Positions 29,641-39,948 are shown, numbered from the stretch's first letter. The stretch is 64,000 bases of DNA from Nitrospinales bacterium (GCA_965262115.1 OZ253496.1:1376001-1440000), one strand, 5' to 3'. The notes: generated by a model from the sequence alone, not told the origin. Translations and numbers: made by a program.

Positions 29641-30918
29641 TTAGATTGCGCCCGGATGCTCTTCGGGTCGTACATAGAAAGGCTCTTCAACCGTAACACG
29701 GATGATTTCTTTACCTTTCCGGTTAAACCCGATAACCGTATCATTGTACATTTCAAACTTCTTACCGTGAATGTTGGTCTCGAAAATTTTCGGACCTGGC
29801 TCACGTTTCCATTTGAAGATGATACGCTGTGTCGTCCGGAACAACTGCAGAACGCCCAACAGGTCGCGATCGGGAACCATGTACTGATCGATAGAATGAT
29901 CAACACCCGGTCCGAACATCTGTTGAGAATACGCCCGAGGAACGTGCCGTGACGGAATGTAATATCCGTTAGGCTCCGTACCCAGTTGCGGATACAACGG
30001 TAAGGCCACTTTCCGGTCCCGAATCAGATAGTACTGTGGGTTATCCGGATCATGGGCCCATTCGCCATTGCTGCCGATTTTGACCAGACCCTGTAAACGG
30101 ATCTTGCCAACACAGGCCGCCATACAACGCGTCTCCATCTGATCACCTTCCGTCAGAGGATCAAGACCCTCAATACGGGGATAACAGGCGATACATTTCT
30201 CAGAGATTCGTGTCGTACCACGAAACATAGGCTTCTTGTAAGGACACTGCTCTACACATTTTTTATAACCACGACAACGACTCTGATCGATCAGAACGAT
30301 GCCATCCTCTTGGCGTTTGTAGATTGCCTTTCGAGGACACGCCGCCAGACAACCCGGGTACGTGCAATGGTTACAAATGCGTTGCAGATAGAAAAACCAG
30401 ATTTTATGCTCCGGCAATACTGACCGTGTGCCGTTGTCGCCACCGAATGTTCCCTCGCGGGACTGGGTGAACTCACGACCATGAGCGGTATCTTCACCGA
30501 AGTTCGGGAAGCGCCACTCTTCATCAGTCGGTACATAACCGATTGCTTGCTGGTTCAAACCGATCTTGGCAGGAGCTTCGAAGATGGTAACACCTTCGTA
30601 AACACCATGGATCGCTTTGTTAGAGGTCTTACGTACATTCCAGACATTCTGTCCGGGATTAGACTGCTCCAGCATTTTCAGGATCTTCCAATCCCAAAAC
30701 TGAGGATAGCCACCGTAAGGCTTCGTTTCTACGTTATTCCACCACATATACTCCTGGCCCTTCGAGAAGGTCCAAGTAGATTTATGGGCCATTGTACAGG
30801 TCTGACAAGCAATACAACGATTCGTATTAAATACGAACGTGAACTGCTCTTTCGGATGCTTTTCGTCGTAGACGTATGTAGACATCCGACCTAGCTGCCA
30901 GTTATAGACTTCAGGCAT
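29641..30918 (-). CDS. nxrB: Nitrite oxidoreductase beta subunit (Fe-S)
   Basis: CIACQTC, WNNVETKPYGG, CNHCTYPGCLAACP, CRGYKKCVEQCPY and CIACYPR motifs; Nitrospira/Nitrospina/anammox-type N-terminus. Confidence 0.97.
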   Translation of the reverse strand: MPEVYNWQLGRMSTYVYDEKHPKEQFTFVFNTNRCIACQTCTMAHKSTWTFSKGQEYMWWNNVETKPYGGYPQFWDWKILKMLEQSNPGQNVWNVRKTSNKAIHGVYEGVTIFEAPAKIGLNQQAIGYVPTDEEWRFPNFGEDTAHGREFTQSREGTFGGDNGTRSVLPEHKIWFFYLQRICNHCTYPGCLAACPRKAIYKRQEDGIVLIDQSRCRGYKKCVEQCPYKKPMFRGTTRISEKCIACYPRIEGLDPLTEGDQMETRCMAACVGKIRLQGLVKIGSNGEWAHDPDNPQYYLIRDRKVALPLYPQLGTEPNGYYIPSRHVPRAYSQQMFGPGVDHSIDQYMVPDRDLLGVLQLFRTTQRIIFKWKREPGPKIFETNIHGKKFEMYNDTVIGFNRKGKEIIRVTVEEPFYVRPEEHPGAI

Positions 30919-31000
30919 TATCGTACCTCCTTATTAACATTGGTTAGACGTTGAAATACCAAATGGCGGCCCTCCCGAAATTTGGAGGACCCCATTTTGC

Positions 31001-34000
31001 TTAGATCTTCACACGGATATACTGACCCGCCAGATACATCTCGGCAAAACGGTCTTTCAACGGTGATTCTGGGGTGTAACCCGTTCGTACGGGCTCCCAG
31101 AGTCCTTTACCATGCAAACCACCATCTTCAGCTTTGGAGAATTTAACCAGCGTTTCTTTCGGTACTGCATTAACCGCATGGTTATCAGCTTCATAGCCGT
31201 GTTTGAACTTCATCTTGGTTTTTGCTTTATGGAACAGACTGTCAGTCTGATGCATCGGCATCAACCAGGACCGCGTGATGGACTGCTGACCACCATACCG
31301 GAAGTTACTCTGGTAAGGAGTGGTCATTGACATCGCGCGTCCGTCAGGCCGTTCTTCATGTGCCTTAACAGTACGCTCGGTGGCGATCCACGTTGCGTGC
31401 TTCATCATGGTGGTGTGATACGGATATGCCGGGTTGTACTTCGCCCGCAGCATCAGCCGTGCCACTTTATACCTTGGATCTGAAGGTTTCCAACCCATGT
31501 AAGGACGATCCGCAGGATTCGCATCACAATAGATATAGTCACCATCGTTGATTCCAAGATCTTTACACAAGAACGGATTCATGTGTACCTGCCACTCACC
31601 AACACCCGGAGAACGCTTATCCATTCGATAAGGATCACCAAAGTTGTTGTTCCAGATCATGTTCCAGTCAGTGGTTGCCCAGGAACTATGAGCCGTATGG
31701 CGAGATTTAGGTGTAACACAGTAGAACCGATATCCTTTTTCCCACAAGAAGTTCTTGGTCGTACGTACAGCAGACCAAGGTTTCTTGATGTTCCGAACGT
31801 GACGCAGATCCGGATCTTGCTCGTCTTCCGGGATTCCATAGTCATCCGGGCGGATGTAAGGATTGGTGGACACGATTACGTTCGGCAGGTAAGGCGTTGC
31901 TTCTGGGCCTTCCCGATGAACGATGAAGTTTTCACCATACTCAATCGCTTCCGGCTCATCATTGTAGAACTGGATGCGGCCGTTAGGCGTGTAGAATGGT
32001 TTAGACTCCGTATACATCTCCCAGAAGGGAGACCGAGGATAGGTTCTGAACAGCAACAGACATGCACCCGGCTCACCATACTTGCCGTTGATGATATCGT
32101 CGATGTTGTAACCCATACCCGTTGTAGACGTCGTGAACAACCGACGAATCATAGCCTTGGTGCGATTCGGCGCTTTGCCTTCATAGACCTTCATATGATC
32201 CATAAAACGCTTATCACCTGTTACCTCAGCCATCCGCCGAGAGAACTCACGATGCATCAAGTTATCATCGATAGTATCGAAGATAGGTTTGATTCCCGTG
32301 CCGCCCCAAATCTGATGAAACGGATTCGAACATGCAGAAGTGATTTCATAACTTTCAAACTCGGCCCATGAGTTCGGAGCCAATACGATGTCACTGTATT
32401 CGCAGGAACCTGTGAACTCGATGTCCTGAGCTACGATCATGTCTACGTTGTTGTTGGTGTTGAACACCAGCTCGTAGAACCACTTAGCATTATTTATAAC
32501 ATTAACGTTAACAAACCAACACAGCTTGGTAGGCGTAGGCATATGCGTACGTCCCGTAAATACTTTCCGGCCATAGCGCGGGGTATTTACGATCAGCGCT
32601 TTATCACGATGCGCCCAGTAGCTGACTTCCTCACCTTTCAGGTAACCCTTAACATTCTTCCAGTCAATATTCTTGGAAGGGTCCATGACTATGTTGAAAG
32701 GATCTTCCGCAACCATGGCCGCGAAGCCAGGTCCAGACCAATGCGAACCCTGGTAGTTACCAGCCTTGTAGTTACCAGCCCAAGTATGGGAACCGGAACC
32801 TTTAGGACCGACGTTACCTGTCAGCATCAGAGGAACATAAGACGCACGGTTGTGCATCGTTGCGTGGAAGTAATGGTTGATTCCTTCACCGTAATGGATT
32901 TCAACAGGTTTGATCGTACCAATGTCGCGAGCCAAGCGGACGATTAAGTCCTTCGGAGCATGACAAATCTGGTTGACCGTATCAATGTCGTAATCCTTCA
33001 GATTAACTTTATACATCTCATAAAGAGGCATGACCGTGATGGTTTTGCCGCTTACAAGTTTAATGTCAAAAACACCGTCCAATACAGGATCGATATTTTT
33101 CTTTCTCATCTTGGCGCCGATGTCTTCGCGCGTGATGGCGACCGGCTTATCCGTATTGGCATCCCATACGGTGTAGTCAGGCATCATGTCACGGTTGAAG
33201 TTCTTCATCCACTTAGTGGTGAAGCCGTCTTTCGGCAAAGACTGAGCCTTGTAGCCCGGAATGAAATCATCCGGATGCAAGCGGATCAGCGTATCCGTAC
33301 GAACCAACAGAGGCATATCTGTGTAGTCCTTTACGTAATCGATGTCCACAAGACCTTCGTCCATGATAATTTTGGCAACGCCCAAGAAAAGGGCGATGTC
33401 AGATAGACCTGCACGAACCGGTACCCAGTAATCCGCTTTAGTTGCAGGCGGATTGTACTCAGGAGCGATTGCAACCAGCGTACCACCACGCTCCATGATT
33501 TCTGTGTACCAATGCGCTTCAGGCATTTTGTTCTCAATCAGGTTCTTACCCCACTGAATCGTCATCTTCGCATACCGATGGTCAGCGAAGTCGATATCAG
33601 AGGTCTGCATTCCATGTGTCCAGGAATGACCAGGAGCCTGATCACCATGCCAAGTGTAGTTAGACCATGCACGTCCACCCAACACTTTACCAGGGCCACG
33701 ACCACGAATGATTGAATCCAACAGAGCAACCTGGTTAGCAAGACGATATACACCGTACTTACCAACTACACCAAGAAGACCCATACCGCCGCGATACTTA
33801 AAAGTACGTGGACCGGATCCGCTCATGGCTTCGATCATTTCAGGCTGATAGCCTTCATTCTTCAGACGCTGCGCACCACGAGCTCCACTGTAGGCCTTAG
33901 CGACCGCAATGTGACCCTTTGCGAGGTACGTAAAAGTCTGATCCCAGGTCATACGAACAAATTCGTCCGTGCCCCGGCTTGTCATCTTATACTTTTCACG

Positions 34001-34462
34001 ATTTTCCTTGTCCAGATAAGGAAATCCATCATCCGCCCACTGCTTCCAGCCAACACGAATCATCGGATATTTATTCCGATACGGGCCGTAAGCACGACGG
34101 GGATACGTCATACCACGCAGACACATGCGAGGATTCCACGCAGCGTCAGCTTGGTTACCATACAGATCGCGAACTTTGTGATGATCGTAGTTCTGCTCGA
34201 TACGCATCAAGATGCCGTTACGTACGAATCCACGTACGCGACACTGATGGGTGTCGTTCGGAGAACAACAATACGTGAAAGAACGCTCATACTTATACTG
34301 GTCACGGTAGACTTCTTCCCACCGTCTGTCAGGATAAGCTTCCAGCGGATTCCCGACTTTCACTACGGGTTTCAGCTGAGCTCCAACCCTCTTGCTCGTC
34401 AATGCCATAGCTGTCGCTACACCAGCACTTACCTGCAAGAACTTACGTCTGTTTAATCTCAT
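31001..34462 (-). CDS. nxrA: Nitrite oxidoreductase alpha subunit (Mo-bisPGD), periplasmic type
   Basis: Tat motif NRRKFLQ; FS0 motif CSPNDTHQC...RMC; WSNYTWHGDQAPGH. Confidence 0.97.
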   Translation of the reverse strand: MRLNRRKFLQVSAGVATAMALTSKRVGAQLKPVVKVGNPLEAYPDRRWEEVYRDQYKYERSFTYCCSPNDTHQCRVRGFVRNGILMRIEQNYDHHKVRDLYGNQADAAWNPRMCLRGMTYPRRAYGPYRNKYPMIRVGWKQWADDGFPYLDKENREKYKMTSRGTDEFVRMTWDQTFTYLAKGHIAVAKAYSGARGAQRLKNEGYQPEMIEAMSGSGPRTFKYRGGMGLLGVVGKYGVYRLANQVALLDSIIRGRGPGKVLGGRAWSNYTWHGDQAPGHSWTHGMQTSDIDFADHRYAKMTIQWGKNLIENKMPEAHWYTEIMERGGTLVAIAPEYNPPATKADYWVPVRAGLSDIALFLGVAKIIMDEGLVDIDYVKDYTDMPLLVRTDTLIRLHPDDFIPGYKAQSLPKDGFTTKWMKNFNRDMMPDYTVWDANTDKPVAITREDIGAKMRKKNIDPVLDGVFDIKLVSGKTITVMPLYEMYKVNLKDYDIDTVNQICHAPKDLIVRLARDIGTIKPVEIHYGEGINHYFHATMHNRASYVPLMLTGNVGPKGSGSHTWAGNYKAGNYQGSHWSGPGFAAMVAEDPFNIVMDPSKNIDWKNVKGYLKGEEVSYWAHRDKALIVNTPRYGRKVFTGRTHMPTPTKLCWFVNVNVINNAKWFYELVFNTNNNVDMIVAQDIEFTGSCEYSDIVLAPNSWAEFESYEITSACSNPFHQIWGGTGIKPIFDTIDDNLMHREFSRRMAEVTGDKRFMDHMKVYEGKAPNRTKAMIRRLFTTSTTGMGYNIDDIINGKYGEPGACLLLFRTYPRSPFWEMYTESKPFYTPNGRIQFYNDEPEAIEYGENFIVHREGPEATPYLPNVIVSTNPYIRPDDYGIPEDEQDPDLRHVRNIKKPWSAVRTTKNFLWEKGYRFYCVTPKSRHTAHSSWATTDWNMIWNNNFGDPYRMDKRSPGVGEWQVHMNPFLCKDLGINDGDYIYCDANPADRPYMGWKPSDPRYKVARLMLRAKYNPAYPYHTTMMKHATWIATERTVKAHEERPDGRAMSMTTPYQSNFRYGGQQSITRSWLMPMHQTDSLFHKAKTKMKFKHGYEADNHAVNAVPKETLVKFSKAEDGGLHGKGLWEPVRTGYTPESPLKDRFAEMYLAGQYIRVKI

Positions 34463-34796
34463 AGAACCTCCTTGTGAATCTTGGTAATTGCGGACCCGGC
34501 TTATCCGAACCCAATTACAACTGTTTCACTACTACACTTCTACTAACTTCTTCGGAGCCTCCCAGCCTCGCGACTTTTCACCTCCAACTAACCTACTACT
34601 CGTACCACTTTGCTAAACTTTAAAACCCTTACTCAACTCTAAAACAAACACACAACAACCTAACAAAACAAAAATAGCTAACGCGCTAAAACCCGCGCCA
34701 AATGGCATCACAACAGGCACAAAGACTGAGAAAAAAATAAACGTCCCTAATAAAAACTTCTCCGCAACAACGTGGATATCAAGGGGCAAATCGTGC

Positions 34797-34911
34797 TTTT
34801 AAATCTCATATTTTGCCCTGTATTTCGAATCAAACTTTCTGCCCTTTTTCCAGATGAGGCTATGTTATATGAGTTTTCCAGCATAATGTCAAGAAAATAT
34901 GAGATTTAAAA
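34797..34911. repeat. Perfect 18-bp inverted repeat bracketing the nxr promoter
   Basis: TTTTAAATCTCATATTTT (34797-34814) and AAAATATGAGATTTAAAA (34894-34911). Confidence 0.85.
34864..34892 (-). promoter_or_regulatory. Sigma70-type promoter for nxrABC
   Basis: TTGACA (34892-34887), a 17-bp spacer, then TATAAC (34869-34864), pointing at nxrA. Confidence 0.75.
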
Positions 34912-35186
34912 AAAGAAAAAATAGCGGGTAAAATCACCAGAAGTACCCCCATAAATATGGCCCCTGAAAACAAGATTTTCACGTAATTTTTGCAAAAAAA
35001 TAAAAAAATTTACAATCTTAGAAAGCCCTTATATTTAAAGGAGTTTTGCCGATTATCTCCCGCCTGATAATTTACAGTTAATTTCCCTATAACTGGCAAC
35101 AACCACCGAAATTTCAAAAATTTGTAAAATTTCAGGACAATATGAAAAAAAATCCATTTTTTTGCCCGATATTGCCCTCAAAAAAG

Positions 35187-35367
35187 GAAACCTTTGCATA
35201 ACCTGAGATTCTCATTGATCCTCCCCTCTCATGAGGGGAGGCAAGGCGTAGCCGCGGAGGGGTGTGGATTATTTTTACGGAATTCATAATCCAACCCTCC
35301 CCTGGCCCCTCCCTATGAAGGGAGGGGAAATTTCTGCTTCCGCATTTTCTACTTACGCAAAGGTCTC
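35187..35367. mobile_element. MITE-family element with hairpin-repeat core
   Basis: GAAACCTTTGCATAA...TTACGCAAAGGTCTC; no clear TSD. Confidence 0.75.
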
Positions 35368-35428
35368 CCTCGGAGGGGAGAGGAACTTAATAGTTGAGGA
35401 GTACATCCACCTACGGAAAAATATAACA

Positions 35429-35687
35429 TGATCTTCCCCTGAATTGGTGGACACATCGAAAAGTGTGGATAATACACTTTTGGAGGTGTTTTTATGGGAA
35501 CCAAACGCAGGAGTTTCAGTAAAGAATTCAAGTTAGAAGCGGTTCGATTGGTTATTGAAGTAGGCGATAGCATTGCCCGGGTGTCCCGGGATCTGGGAAT
35601 CCGTTCTGCCCTTCTGGGTCGCTGGAAACAGGAGTATGAGGAGGATCAGGGGAATGCGTTTCCCGGCAAAGGACAGCTTAAGCCGGG
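35429..35687 (+). mobile_element. IS3 left-end fragment (TIR plus 5' part of orfA)
   Basis: Matches 15702-15960; the match ends at AAGCCGGG. Confidence 0.92.
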
Positions 35688-35767
35688 CTGGCCCAAAAAC
35701 CGTTCTTTAAAAATTTGCCAAATTTTATTTTGGCGATATAATCCTGCTTTTTCCTCAAGGCTTACTT

Positions 35768-36250
35768 ATGAAAAAGAATCGTATCGCTCTTTATCCGGGA
35801 ACTTTTGATCCGGTCACTTTTGGCCACATCGATATTATGCGCCGGGCCATGAAACTCTTTGACCGACTCATCGTTGCCGTTGCGCTCAACCCAAAAAAGA
35901 ATCCTGCGTTTTCTCTGGATAGTCGGGTCAGGTTTATTAGAAACGCCACAAAAAAATTCAGCAAGATTGAAGTCGTCTCCTTTGATAATCTGCTCATCTC
36001 GCTGGCGCATTCTAAAAAAGCTTCTGTAGTGATAAAAGGACTGCGGGCCATCAGTGATTTTGAATTTGAACTGCAGATGGGACTGATGAACCGGGCACTC
36101 GACGAGTCCGTCGAAACTTTATTTATGATTCCCAGCCAGGAATATTCTTTCCTGAGTTCCAATCTGGTTAAGGAGATCGCACGGCACGAGGGCGATGTCA
36201 CAAAACTTGTGCCTCGCGATGTGATCAAGGAGTTGAAAAAAATTATCTGA
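35768..36250 (+). CDS. coaD: Phosphopantetheine adenylyltransferase
   Basis: YPGTFDPVTFGH, GLRAISDFEFE and FLSSNLVKE motifs. Confidence 0.96.
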   Translation: MKKNRIALYPGTFDPVTFGHIDIMRRAMKLFDRLIVAVALNPKKNPAFSLDSRVRFIRNATKKFSKIEVVSFDNLLISLAHSKKASVVIKGLRAISDFEFELQMGLMNRALDESVETLFMIPSQEYSFLSSNLVKEIARHEGDVTKLVPRDVIKELKKII

Positions 36251-37446
36251 TGAAATTTTCCGAACGTATTCAAAATGTAAATCCATCCATGACATTGGCC
36301 ATCGATGCCAAAGCCCGGGAAATGCAAGCCCGGGGCGAGGATGTCATCGGTTTCGGGGCTGGCGAACCCGATTTTAATACCCCGGAGCACATCAAGCAGG
36401 CCGGCATCCGGGCGATAGAAAATAACGAAACCCGTTACACCTCGGTCGGTGGCAGTGATATTCTAAAAGAAGCCATCATCACAAAACTGCAACACGACAA
36501 CGGACTGGTCTATGAAAAAAACCAGATTCTCGCTTCCTGTGGAGCCAAGCATTCCTTTTACAACCTGGCCCAGGTGCTTTGGCAGGCAGGAGATGAAGTC
36601 ATCATCCCGGCACCTTACTGGGTCTCGTTTCCCGACATAGTGATCCTGTCGGGAGCCCGCCCCCTCATCGTCCACACCGGGCAGGATTTCAAAATCACCG
36701 CCGAACAAATTGAAAATTCCGTCACTCCTAACACCAGAGCCATCGTGCTCAATTCGCCTTCCAATCCGACCGGCTCCGCCTACAACAAAGATGAACTGGA
36801 AAAACTGGCCGAGTGCGCGTTAAAGCACAAGCTGTTGATCCTCTCAGATGAAATTTATGAGCAGATCGTGTTCGATGGATTCCAACACATAAGCATTGCC
36901 TCTTTAAGCAAGGAAGTGCAAAAACAATGTGTGGTGATTAATGGGGTTTCTAAAAGCTACGCCATGACAGGCTGGAGGATCGGCTATATCGCGGTGGGAG
37001 ATCCCGAGATTGTCAAACAGGTCGCCAAACTGCAGGGACAAAGCACGTCCAATCCCTGCTCGGTATCGCAGGCGGCCAGCATCGAAGCCCTGAACGGTCC
37101 GCTCGACAAAATTTATGCCATGGTGGATGAATTTGAAAAACGCCGGGACATCCTCGTCAATCTCTTAAACCAGATTGACGGGGTCACCTGCAAAAAACCA
37201 CACGGCTCGTTCTACACCTTTCCGGATTTTTCCGGCGTCTATGGCAAAAAGGATATGAATGGGAAAGCGCTGGAGGGGTCGTTGGATTTTACCGATTATC
37301 TGCTATCGACCGAGAAGGTTGCCATCGTGCCCGGAATTGCGTTCGGAGCCGATAACCACGCACGTTTGTCTTTTGCCACATCGCTGGAAAACATTGAGGC
37401 GGGTGTCCAACGAATAAAAAATGCCATTTCCAAACTCCACCACTAA
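36250..37446 (+). CDS. aspC: Aspartate aminotransferase (class I/II PLP enzyme)
   Basis: GAGEPDF, NSPSNPTG, SDEIY and GVSKSYAMTGWRIG motifs. Confidence 0.88.
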   Translation: MKFSERIQNVNPSMTLAIDAKAREMQARGEDVIGFGAGEPDFNTPEHIKQAGIRAIENNETRYTSVGGSDILKEAIITKLQHDNGLVYEKNQILASCGAKHSFYNLAQVLWQAGDEVIIPAPYWVSFPDIVILSGARPLIVHTGQDFKITAEQIENSVTPNTRAIVLNSPSNPTGSAYNKDELEKLAECALKHKLLILSDEIYEQIVFDGFQHISIASLSKEVQKQCVVINGVSKSYAMTGWRIGYIAVGDPEIVKQVAKLQGQSTSNPCSVSQAASIEALNGPLDKIYAMVDEFEKRRDILVNLLNQIDGVTCKKPHGSFYTFPDFSGVYGKKDMNGKALEGSLDFTDYLLSTEKVAIVPGIAFGADNHARLSFATSLENIEAGVQRIKNAISKLHH

Positions 37447-37570
37447 GCGTGGGGCCAAGTAGCTGTGATACCCTCTTCCACAAACTTCATGTCCCGCAGG
37501 GGTAAATGGCTTTATTGGGCTGGAAAAGATTTGTCTCGGCTTATAAGAGGTTTGCCCCCTCTTTTTAAAG

Positions 37571-37962
37571 TACCCGTGCCGGGCATGAATGCAATTGAAG
37601 AGATATCACAAGGGTCGGGGTGATTTGCAGGGGTCTGCATTGCCCATCATTGTGAGGAACCAACGGTCTAGATGGCCGCGCTCCTTTTACCCCTTCTACC
37701 CGTTCCGGGCATGAATTTAGCGAAGAGGATATCACAGGCTCATGAAGGCAAATGAAGAATTTCACACAGTCGCTCGCGATGACGACCAGATGGGGTAACT
37801 CACATGCTGAGCTAGTCGAAAGCTCGAAGGCCCCTGCTATTTCCCTCCTGCGGAAGTGAACGGCTTGACGGATTCTTGCACTATATACCCCTCCTACCCC
37901 TGCGGGGCATGAAACAAGTGAAGAAATATCACAGGCTCACGAAAGCTAAGGAATAATATCAC
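37571..37962. repeat. Mini-element cluster including two self-nested copies
   Basis: Copies at 37571-37610, 37688-37765 (inner 37697-37736) and 37886-37962 (inner 37895-37933). Confidence 0.82.
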
Positions 37963-37987
37963 GCCCACCTACGAGAGTGGGAAAGGG

Positions 37988-38245
37988 TCAGCAGGCCGGA
38001 CCGCTGGATGCTTCAGACTCAACAGCGTCTTCTTTCAAGCTATCTTTATGGCCCTTGATTCGTGCTTCGATATTTGAACGGCAGCGTTTGGCCCTACAAT
38101 TGCCCGTTCCCACACCGATTTTTCTTCTCAAACCTTCAAAGGTCAAGGTCCCTTCCCGAATAGCGGTCATAATTGTTCCCGCCTTGATGCTTCGGCACAG
38201 GCAAACCTTTTTGAGATTATCTAAAAATTGTTTTTTTGCTTCCAA
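37988..38245 (-). CDS. Bfd-like [2Fe-2S]-binding protein
   Basis: VCLCRSI...GVGTGNCRAKRC cysteine pattern. Confidence 0.8.
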   Translation of the reverse strand: MEAKKQFLDNLKKVCLCRSIKAGTIMTAIREGTLTFEGLRRKIGVGTGNCRAKRCRSNIEARIKGHKDSLKEDAVESEASSGPAC

Positions 38246-38418
38246 AATATATTAGGTTCCGGCTATGATCCTTACGCCAGATTGTATTTTTTTTAAAGAT
38301 AGTATTTTAAGGGCACCAAAATTTAAAACCGCTTTGTGGAGCTACCCTTAAAGTTTCGATTTAACAAAACCTGAACATCCATTCTGAACCTTATCTTCCA
38401 CCCTAATATAAACCAGCA

Positions 38419-39948
38419 TTGGTGAAAAACCTAATTCTTAAAGAACCGCGCCCACTTCTACTCTCCGCTTTGAGCGGGATTCTTCTGGTGTTGATCTTCC
38501 CGCGTTTTAATTTTGAAGTTCTTGCCTGGTTCGCCTTTATCCCTCTTTTTTCAGCGATTGAGACCAAAACCCCTCAACGTTCCGCGTTGTTGGGATTCAT
38601 CACCGGCATGGTTTTTTATGCCTGGGGTTTGAGCTGGGTCAACAACACTCTCATCAACTACGGCAACCTTCCCCAAATCGTGAGTTTCATGGTTTTAGGG
38701 CTTTTAGCCGCCTATCTCTCTTTCTATACGGCACTCTTTTGCTATCTGATAAGGAGGGTCTGCAAAGATAATCGGGGACTGCTTTTCCTGTTCGCGCCGG
38801 TTCTGTGGACATCTTTCGAGTACCTCCGCTCGACCCACTCCGAATACGGGTTTTCCTGGTTAGGACTTGGCTATTCCCAATTCCAAACCCTGCCGGTCAT
38901 TCAGATGGCCGAGATCACCGGTGTGTATGGCATCTCGTGGCTCATCATGCTGGTCAATGTCGGACTCTATCTGGCCTGGAAGTCATGGGGCAATATGGGA
39001 GCACGGTTTTTATCGGTCACGATTCTTGTTCTGGCGCTATGGGTAGGGTTAGGCATCATTGCCCTGAACCGCGCGGTCAATGGCCCCAGCCTGACGGTGG
39101 GATTGATTCAAGGCAATGTCGAGCAGGCCATGAAATGGAATCCGGTTTACCAGAAGGTGGTCATGGCCAAATACCGAGACCTGACTCTCAAGGCGGCGCA
39201 ATCAAATCCGCAATTGATCGTATGGCCGGAAACCGCCACACCTTTTTTCTACTCCCAGCACGCACCCGGCACCCAGTTTGTGAACGACCTGGCGCGGCAA
39301 ACCGAAATCCCCATTCTATTCGGCAGTCCCTACAAAGAAAACAGCATCCACTACAACAGCGCCTACCTGGTAACTGAATCAGGTGTCCCGCAAAACCGTT
39401 ACGACAAAATCCATCTGGTTCCTTTTGGCGAGTTCGTTCCCTTCCGGAAAATATTATTCTTCGTGGAAAAAATGGTGGAGATGATCGGCAACTTCGGCCG
39501 CGGTGAGGAAGCGATAGTGTTCGATGTGGCAGGACACAAGGCCGGGGTCTCAATCTGTTATGAAATAATCTTCCCCGACCTGATACGGCAGGCGGTTAAA
39601 AATGGCGCCGATTTTTTAATCAATATCACCAACGATGCCTGGTTTGGCAAAAGTGCGGCGAGCTACCAGCATATGAGCATGGGAGCACTAAGGGCGGTGG
39701 AAAACCGCATCCCCATCGTGCGTGCGGCGAATACCGGGATCTCCGGAGCCATCACGGCTAGCGGCGCCCTTCAAGATGAAACAGAACTTTTTGTCGAAGC
39801 CGCCAAGATCACCAAAATCACCCCGCGCCAAGGCAGACTCACCTTCTACAGCACCTATGGCGATGTGTTCAGCTGGCTGTGCCTGGGGCTGACCTTTCTT
39901 CTGCCATTTTTGCAAAGAAAAGAACTGACCGGTAATCACTCGCAGTGA
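38419..39948 (+). CDS. lnt: Apolipoprotein N-acyltransferase
   Basis: IQGN, IVWPETA, YDKIHLVPFGEF, ICYE, NITNDAWFG and RAANTGIS motifs. Confidence 0.96.
   Translation: MVKNLILKEPRPLLLSALSGILLVLIFPRFNFEVLAWFAFIPLFSAIETKTPQRSALLGFITGMVFYAWGLSWVNNTLINYGNLPQIVSFMVLGLLAAYLSFYTALFCYLIRRVCKDNRGLLFLFAPVLWTSFEYLRSTHSEYGFSWLGLGYSQFQTLPVIQMAEITGVYGISWLIMLVNVGLYLAWKSWGNMGARFLSVTILVLALWVGLGIIALNRAVNGPSLTVGLIQGNVEQAMKWNPVYQKVVMAKYRDLTLKAAQSNPQLIVWPETATPFFYSQHAPGTQFVNDLARQTEIPILFGSPYKENSIHYNSAYLVTESGVPQNRYDKIHLVPFGEFVPFRKILFFVEKMVEMIGNFGRGEEAIVFDVAGHKAGVSICYEIIFPDLIRQAVKNGADFLINITNDAWFGKSAASYQHMSMGALRAVENRIPIVRAANTGISGAITASGALQDETELFVEAAKITKITPRQGRLTFYSTYGDVFSWLCLGLTFLLPFLQRKELTGNHSQ

Noticed and set aside
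28710..34456. Long antisense ORFs over nxrABC and other genes
   Set aside because: Shadow ORFs of strongly codon-biased genes, with no recognisable motifs.
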